A stretch of 12,499 nucleotides of DNA from Candidatus Micrarchaeota archaeon. GTDB taxonomy: Archaea > Micrarchaeota > Micrarchaeia > Anstonellales > Anstonellaceae. The DNA is taken from contig JBDRNY010000055.1 of NCBI GenBank assembly GCA_043810635.1, positions 1 to 12,499 on the forward strand, written 5' to 3'. The position numbers were made by a program, and so were the translations under genes. The first letter of the stretch is position 1; every line of letters begins with the position of its first letter. The notes beneath the pieces were generated by a model. It was not told the origin of the DNA. It saw only the letters and a program-made list of their open reading frames with translations, and did not search any database. This document shows positions 7,273-12,499 of the stretch, one piece after another.

Positions 7273-8075
7273 ATATGCAGCTTGATCCGTAAAATTATAA
7301 ATGTTGGTCAGTATATATAGACCATGCCTAAATGCCATCTTGATAAAAAATCTCTGAAAACTCTTTACGAGGATTTCAAAAGAGAAAAAGATTGGCTGGA
7401 AGCCTTAATGAAAAAACCGCAATACATAGCAGTGTTGCGGATTTCGATGGGTTTGAGCCAGACTTCTTTTGAAAACCTTCTCAAAATGAGCAAAAACATC
7501 TACAAATACGAGAGTGGGAAGATAAAGCCGACTGAAAAAACGGCTAAAAAATTTCTTTCCCGCTTCAAGGCGCTTGCGCCTTGGGATGTTGTATTGCGAA
7601 ATTTTGAAAAGCTCTCATCTGAATCAAAGGGCTGGTTTGCTGCTAACAGCACCAGCATAAAAGCAATGCGTGCAAGGCAAAAAGGCGCGCAAACTCATAT
7701 GAGGAAAAGAGTTTTAACAACACAGGAAAGTGAAGTCGCAAAATGGCTCACTGAAAGAAGAATCAGCTATAAAGCAAACTGTGAAGTTGGAAAGGTTTTT
7801 GTTGACTTTTTCATTCCAAAAATGAATATTGTTTTGGAGTGCAAGAGGCTTAGCACAAGAAACCGAAGAGAGCATATGAAAAAAGTCAAGGAGGCAGCGT
7901 TTCAGGGCTACAAAGCCAAATTCTATAAAAAGAATGTAAAATTGGCAGTAGTCTTTGAAAGTCCGTTAAGACTTAATGAAACAGAAAGGCAAGAGCTAAC
8001 TGGACCATACGACTTTGTTTTTGAAAAAGTCGATGGTTTGAAGTATATTACAAAGGATCAGGCTGTGTAGTCGAA
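7273..8075 (+). mobile_element. 16S intron 7 (803 nt, BHB type, after ~E. coli 1197, helix 34), ORF-containing
   Basis: 15-bp stem 7274-7288/8055-8069, helix cgat/gtcg, bulges aga and aag. The splice gives GACGATAG|GTCAGTATG. Confidence 0.93.
7324..8070 (+). CDS. Intron-encoded XRE-type HTH + PD-(D/E)xK (Vsr/DUF559-like) putative homing endonuclease
   Basis: HTH segment YIAVLRISMGLSQTSFENLL..IYKYESGKIKP. Nuclease segment LTTQESEVAKWL...VDFFIP...IVLECK. TATA-like ATTATAAA at 7294-7301. Confidence 0.8.
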   Translation: MPKCHLDKKSLKTLYEDFKREKDWLEALMKKPQYIAVLRISMGLSQTSFENLLKMSKNIYKYESGKIKPTEKTAKKFLSRFKALAPWDVVLRNFEKLSSESKGWFAANSTSIKAMRARQKGAQTHMRKRVLTTQESEVAKWLTERRISYKANCEVGKVFVDFFIPKMNIVLECKRLSTRNRREHMKKVKEAAFQGYKAKFYKKNVKLAVVFESPLRLNETERQELTGPYDFVFEKVDGLKYITKDQAV

Positions 8076-8242
8076 GTCAGTATGGCCTGAATCTCTCCGG
8101 GCTACACGTGGCATACAATGCTCATGACAATGGGCTGCGACTCCGAAAGGGGAAGCTAATCTCACAAACATGAGCTAAGTTCGGATCGAGGGCTGAAACT
8201 CGCCCTCGTGAAGCTGGAATGCCTAGTAATCGCGTGTCATCA

Positions 8243-8281
8243 ATCTTCGATATTTCTCAAATGATTTATCGTAGAGTGAAC
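8243..8281 (+). other. 16S intron 8 (39 nt hairpin, BHB type, after ~E. coli 1363, helix 43 loop)
   Basis: Helix tcat/gtga, bulges caa and act, stem tct-cgata/tatcg-aga. The splice gives CGCGTGTCATCA|TCGCGCGGTGAATAC. Confidence 0.92.
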
Positions 8282-8532
8282 TCGCGCGGTGAATACGTCC
8301 CCGCTCCTTGCACACACCGCCCGTCAAGTCACCCAAACAGGGTTTTGGTGAGGCAATCTCTTCTTGGGATTTTCGAACCAGAATTTTGTGAGGGGGGCTA
8401 AGTCGTAACAAGGTATCCGTAGGGGAACCTGCGGATAGATCACCTCCAAAGAATACTTTTCTTTGAATTAAGAGAAGGATTTACTTTGAGTTGAGTAATA
8501 CACTTATGTGTAACGCAAGGAAAGGAAAAACT

Positions 8533-8567
8533 TCTAGTCTTCGGGTTTAACCTCTTTATGCACGTAC
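8533..8567 (+). other. 3' strand of the 16S processing stem with BHB motif
   Basis: Complementary to 4062-4095 (see that feature). Confidence 0.85.
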
Positions 8568-8665
8568 AAAATATTTTTGAAAGTTAGCGCAAGCCCGGGA
8601 AATGCAAAGCGAAAAGAATTAAAGCACACAATGAGTGGAAATGCCAGGCTGAGTGGGGTGTGTGG

Positions 8666-8974
8666 ATGGCAGAGAGAACTGTTGTTTTGAAGGAGAGAGG
8701 GCAGGTGCCGGGCATTATTGCCAGCCGGCAGAAAGGAGGCAGGGTGACTATTTCCGCCAAAAAATATATTGATGCACTTGCAATAATCGGAAACAGCCAT
8801 GAAATGGCAGGGTTTGTTTTTGAAGGCATAATACTCCCTGTTGAAGATATTCTTGGCGCTAGCAAAGGAAACCAGGAAATAGAAAATGAAATGAAGGAAT
8901 ATTTGCGGCTTGAAATTGAATCTTATAGAAAAAACGGGAGATTTATGTTTATTGAAGAAATGGAAGAGAAATAA
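8666..8974 (+). CDS. Hypothetical protein (~102 aa)
   Basis: Open frame with host-like composition and an SD-like GGGGTG upstream of ATG 8666. No recognisable family. Confidence 0.6.
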   Translation: MAERTVVLKERGQVPGIIASRQKGGRVTISAKKYIDALAIIGNSHEMAGFVFEGIILPVEDILGASKGNQEIENEMKEYLRLEIESYRKNGRFMFIEEMEEK

Positions 8975-9032
8975 AATGGTTACTGGAGCTGGAAAGGATA
9001 AATATTTATATTCGGCAGAGTACAGAGTTGTT

Positions 9033-9962
9033 ATGGGTTCCATAACTCAAAGTTGGGGACAGCTTTCTTTATTCAACAAGATAATTGCTGCAATTACAAT
9101 AATTGGATTTTTTATTGCAATTTTGTTTGGAATTTACTCTGCGATTCAGAATTACATATCGCATGGAGAAACGATAGAAAAAATAGGTGAGGAGCACAAA
9201 CAGACTAGAACAAGCATTGAGAATGAAACTGAGAAGATTGATACTACCATTAAAGAGGAGCATGACAAAACGAATGCTAGGATAGGGAAAGTGTATGATG
9301 AGTGTGTCTTGAGAAATTCAGAGCTCTCTAACCAGCTTAAGGAATGTGAACATGTCCCAGTAGCTTCAGGTGTTGAGTGCCGGAATAGAACAATTGTCAT
9401 GAAATATGGTATGGGCATGTCAATAGATAATTGCAACTCCCCAGCATTTACGGATGGGTTTGTGGGATTAAGTAATGAAGCAACAATGGATGTTTGGTTT
9501 ATACTTTATCCTGAGGGAGGAACACAGAGATTTTTATTTGATTTTGGAAACGATCTTGAGAGTTCAGATCGATTATCGGCATTTGTCGAGAATGGGATTT
9601 TGAAATTTAGAGCCAAAAAACCTTACAGTTTTGGAGAAGGAGTGATGACTACAAAGCAAGTAAAACTGGAGCCAGAAGTGGAATATGGCGCAACATTGAT
9701 GGTTAACGGTAGCTATGCTTCTTTATACATCTTCCACCCAGACAAAGGACTAATATTCGAAGATACGAAAGAGGTTTCTGAGACTATAGACCTTAGTAGC
9801 ACTAGATTTGTCCTGGGAGCAGACTTGGAGTTAGATAATGTTTTATATGGGGCATTTGATGAGCTGAGAATATCTGGAGTCAGTAGGAGTAAAGATTGGA
9901 TTATTGCGACGCATACACTGTCTTTTACAGTTGGACCAGAGCAGAAGATAGAGAGGAGATAA
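9033..9962 (+). CDS. Membrane-anchored protein with coiled-coil stalk and C-terminal LamG/concanavalin A-like domain
   Basis: TM segment IIAAITIIGFFIAILFGIY, repeated EEH(K/D)xT units, and the LamG-type C-terminal motif FVLGAD...YGAFDELRISGVSRSKDWI. Start moved to ATG 9033 because TTTATA lies at 9005-9010 and the longer frame overlaps the upstream gene. Confidence 0.78.
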   Translation: MGSITQSWGQLSLFNKIIAAITIIGFFIAILFGIYSAIQNYISHGETIEKIGEEHKQTRTSIENETEKIDTTIKEEHDKTNARIGKVYDECVLRNSELSNQLKECEHVPVASGVECRNRTIVMKYGMGMSIDNCNSPAFTDGFVGLSNEATMDVWFILYPEGGTQRFLFDFGNDLESSDRLSAFVENGILKFRAKKPYSFGEGVMTTKQVKLEPEVEYGATLMVNGSYASLYIFHPDKGLIFEDTKEVSETIDLSSTRFVLGADLELDNVLYGAFDELRISGVSRSKDWIIATHTLSFTVGPEQKIERR

Positions 9963-10000
9963 ATGCTCGAACGGATTCTTGTTTCATTGCACCTGTAATT

Positions 10001-11248
10001 TTACTTTTCTCTCCTTATCTCCGCCGCCTTCTTGTGTGCATCCAATCCTTCAATTTCTGCAAGTTTTGAAGCGACATCAATCAGCCTGCCGGCTCCTTCT
10101 TTGCTTATTTTCTGGTATGTGAGAATTTTTACAAAATCTTTTGCAGAAAGCCCGCCGGTGTATTTGGCAGCCCCGCTGGTAGGCAGGGTGTGGTTTGTGC
10201 CAGAGCAATAGTCTCCAAATACTTCAGCACAATATTTTCCAATAAACAATGAGCCATAATTTTTCAATTTGCCAATTATGGAATCAGGCGCACTAACCTG
10301 CAATTCCAAGTGCTCTGGAGCACGAAGATTTGATATTTCCACTGCTTTTTCCAGTGAATCAACCAAAACTAATCTTCCGTTTCCTAAAGAGGAGAGTGCA
10401 ATTTCCTTTGTTTTTAGTTTTGGCAACTGCAGCTCAAGCTGTTTGTTAACTTCTTGTGCCATCTTTTTTGAAGTGGTTATCAAATCAGCCCTTGCATTCG
10501 GGTCGTGCTCTGCCTGTGCAAGCAAATCTGCTGCAATAAATGCAGGATTTGCACTGTCATCTGCAATAACCAGCACCTCGCTTGGCCCTGCCAGAAAATC
10601 AATGCCAACTTCGCCATAAACCTCTTTTTTTGCAGCTGTTACATATTTGTTGCCCGGCCCGACTATTTTATCCACTTTTGGAACAGTCTGGGTTCCAAAT
10701 GCCATTGCGGCTATTGCCTGAATTCCGCCAATATTGAAAATCCGGCTTGCGCCTGCAATATCTGCAGCAACAATTGTAGCTGGTTTAATCTTGGGGGAAC
10801 ATACAATTATTTCATCTACCCCGGCTATTTTTGCAGGAATTACACACATTAAGGCAGTGGATGGCAGAGGGTACCTTCCTCCGGGAACATAGCAGCCTGC
10901 TTTTTGCAAAGGAATTATCTTTTGCCCCACAATATTTCCGTCAATTTTTTCCTCAAAATCCTTGAGCTGGCTTAGTTGCATCCTTGCAAATGAGGAAATG
11001 TTTTTTGCCGCATACTTTAGCGCGTCAAGTGTTTTTTTATCCACTTTTTTATATGCCTCTTTTATCTGCTCTTTTGAAATTTCAAAATTCTCTAATTCCA
11101 GGCTGTCAAACTTTTTGGAATATTTTCTCACCGCCTCGTCCCCATTAGCCCTGACTTCTGCAAGTATCTGCTTTACAGTATTGATTTCTTTGAATTCAGT
11201 GTATTCAAAAAAACTTTTATCCAAATCAGAAAAATTTACAATTTTCAT
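10001..11248 (-). CDS. hisD: Histidinol dehydrogenase
   Basis: Motifs YVPGG, KIVGPGNKYV, AGPSE, DLLAQAEHD, APEHLEL, GDYCSGTNHTLPT. Start at ATG 11248 (ATGA overlap with the upstream stop, GGAGG SD); 11263 is the alternative. Confidence 0.97.
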   Translation of the reverse strand: MKIVNFSDLDKSFFEYTEFKEINTVKQILAEVRANGDEAVRKYSKKFDSLELENFEISKEQIKEAYKKVDKKTLDALKYAAKNISSFARMQLSQLKDFEEKIDGNIVGQKIIPLQKAGCYVPGGRYPLPSTALMCVIPAKIAGVDEIIVCSPKIKPATIVAADIAGASRIFNIGGIQAIAAMAFGTQTVPKVDKIVGPGNKYVTAAKKEVYGEVGIDFLAGPSEVLVIADDSANPAFIAADLLAQAEHDPNARADLITTSKKMAQEVNKQLELQLPKLKTKEIALSSLGNGRLVLVDSLEKAVEISNLRAPEHLELQVSAPDSIIGKLKNYGSLFIGKYCAEVFGDYCSGTNHTLPTSGAAKYTGGLSAKDFVKILTYQKISKEGAGRLIDVASKLAEIEGLDAHKKAAEIRREK

Positions 11249-12468
11249 TTTCTTCGCCTCCATAATTCATTTTTTATATCGGAGATGGAAATTCCTTTCT
11301 TGGCCATAAGAATTAAGATGAAATAAGTTAAGTCTGAAATTTCCCATATTAAATTAGAGTCGGAGGTGTAATTGGTTATTTCTTCCGCCTCTTCCAGTAT
11401 TTTTTTCTTAATAACATTTTCATCTTCTGCAATTTTTGAAGTATATGAATTTTTTTCTGGGTTTTTTATCCTTGAACAGATTACTGAAGATAGTTCATCA
11501 AGTGCAAATTCATTATCCCCAAAGCAGGAATAGCTCCCGAGGTGGCATGCTGCATTTTTTTGCTTAACAGTAAAAAGGAGGGCATCTTTGTCGCAGTCAT
11601 ATCTTGCCTTGATAAATTCCTGAAAATTTCCAGAAGTTTCGCCTTTAGTCCAGAGGGATGCCCTTGAACGGCTGTAATAGGTTGCTTTGCTTGTTTTAAA
11701 TGTTTTTTCAAGGGATTCTTTTGATGAAAAGCCGAGCATCAGCACCTGCTTATTTTCATCCTGGACGATTGTCGGAATAAGGGAGTTGCATTTTTCAAAA
11801 TTGAGCAGGGAAATAAAAGCGTCTGCAAGATTTATTTTCTTGGTATATAATGCCATCCCTATTTGGGAATTAAATCCTAAATTTTCTATGGCTTTGATAT
11901 CATTTATTGTAGTTATTCCCCCTGCAACTGTAATTTTGTTTTTTGTAATTGCTTTCAGCTCTTTGACAGCTTCAAAATCCAACCCGGAAAGCATCCCTTC
12001 TTTGTCAACATTTGTGAAAAGGAATTCAGAGCAATAATTTTCCAGAGATTTGATGAGCTGTTGCGGAGTTTGGCTGGTGCTGTTTGTCCATCCCTTGCTG
12101 ACAACAAATTTGTTTTTTGTATCAATTGCAGCAATTACGCGTGCTTTTGGAAGCTGGGAAAGAAATTCGGGGGTTGCCATTGTGCCGATTATTATTTTCT
12201 TTGCGCCTGCGCCAAGAAGTTCATTTGCTTTCTCTATTGTGCGTATTCCGCCCCCTACCCTACAATCTGCAATTTTGCATATTTTCTTTACCAGCTCGAT
12301 ATTGTTTCCCTTGCCTAATGCGGCATCTAAATCAATTACTGCTATTTCGCCGTATTTGCAAAACTCTTTGGCTAACGCTAACACATCCTCTCTTTCAAGC
12401 ACTTTTTCCTTTCCCTGCTTTAGCTGGACAGCTTTTCCATTTATCAAATCAATGCTTGGAATTAACAT
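11245..12468 (-). CDS. hisAIE: HisA-like isomerase / HisI cyclohydrolase / HisE pyrophosphohydrolase fusion
   Basis: HisA: IPSIDL..GKAVQL, VIDLDAA, VGGGIR, TNVDKEG..G, VAGGI. HisI: YYSRSR..LWTKGETSG, DCDKD, ACHLG..SCF. HisE: SYT, KKILEEAEE, EISDL.Y. SD GAGGT upstream. Confidence 0.92.
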   Translation of the reverse strand: MLIPSIDLINGKAVQLKQGKEKVLEREDVLALAKEFCKYGEIAVIDLDAALGKGNNIELVKKICKIADCRVGGGIRTIEKANELLGAGAKKIIIGTMATPEFLSQLPKARVIAAIDTKNKFVVSKGWTNSTSQTPQQLIKSLENYCSEFLFTNVDKEGMLSGLDFEAVKELKAITKNKITVAGGITTINDIKAIENLGFNSQIGMALYTKKINLADAFISLLNFEKCNSLIPTIVQDENKQVLMLGFSSKESLEKTFKTSKATYYSRSRASLWTKGETSGNFQEFIKARYDCDKDALLFTVKQKNAACHLGSYSCFGDNEFALDELSSVICSRIKNPEKNSYTSKIAEDENVIKKKILEEAEEITNYTSDSNLIWEISDLTYFILILMAKKGISISDIKNELWRRRK

Positions 12469-12499
12469 ATTCTTACCTCAACATTATTTTTTTTCAAAT

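Larger units (their letters stand above)
4152..8447 (+). rRNA. rrs: Archaeal 16S rRNA gene in 9 exons: 4152-4413, 5337-5558, 5593-5848, 5984-5995, 6026-6156, 6837-6896, 7054-7272, 8076-8242, 8282-8447 (spliced length 1495 nt)
   Basis: Starts ACTCCAGTCGATCCTGCTGGAG and ends AAGTCGTAACAAGG...GATCACCTCC. Universal motifs are restored on intron removal: GTGCCAGCCGCCGCGGTAA, GGATTAGATACCC, AAACTTAAAGGAATTGGCGGGGGAGCAC, CAACGCCGGGAACCTTACC. Confidence 0.98.

Noticed and set aside
4414..8281. Group I or group II self-splicing intron interpretation
   Set aside because: No P/Q/R/S core, terminal G or GUGYG start. Inserts are as short as 30 nt and all fit BHB geometry.
5445..8411. Short ORFs overlapping 16S exons (5445-5639, 5659-5865, 5850-6119, 5926-6144, 6807-7010, 7025-7285, 7153-7338, 8219-8401, 8223-8411)
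   Set aside because: Chance frames across rRNA exons and intron boundaries.
4152..8447. 16S pseudogene disrupted by insertions
   Set aside because: Exons show compensatory base changes, an intact anti-SD and processing stem, and exact restoration by BHB cleavage.
8534..9043. Minus-strand ORFs 8534-9043 and 8584-8865, and the 8910 start of the LamG gene
   Set aside because: The minus-strand ORFs are antisense to better-supported plus-strand genes, and 8534-9043 runs into the 16S trailer stem. The 8910 start overlaps the upstream gene and ignores a well-placed TATA box.
11266..11278. A-AAA-AAT slippery site that might fuse HisAIE to HisD by -1 frameshift
   Set aside because: The -1 frame hits TGA immediately after the run. 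The ATGA overlap with a GGAGG SD explains the coupling.

Overview
Archaeal locus, most likely from a DPANN-type lineage (inferred from unlinked, divergent rRNA genes; exact phylum not determinable by eye). The left end holds the 5' ~1.1 kb of a 23S rRNA gene (minus strand) with a long structured leader. Next come two convergent secreted/surface protein genes (Tat-signal CAP protein; triple Ig-like membrane-anchored protein). The centre holds a stand-alone 16S rRNA gene (4152-8447, plus strand) split into 9 exons by EIGHT bulge-helix-bulge (BHB) introns at about E. coli positions 265, 526, 781, 793, 919, 978, 1197 and 1363. Cutting each BHB by the standard rule restores a canonical 1495-nt 16S. 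A ninth BHB forms in the leader/trailer processing stem. Three introns carry ORFs: one ordinary two-motif LAGLIDADG endonuclease, and two mutually homologous XRE-HTH + PD-(D/E)xK (Vsr/DUF559-like) proteins. These two are a candidate new homing-endonuclease family for archaeal rRNA introns, and each has a copy of its own insertion-site sequence next to its start codon. The right end has a hypothetical gene, a membrane LamG-like gene, hisD and a HisA-HisI-HisE triple fusion.
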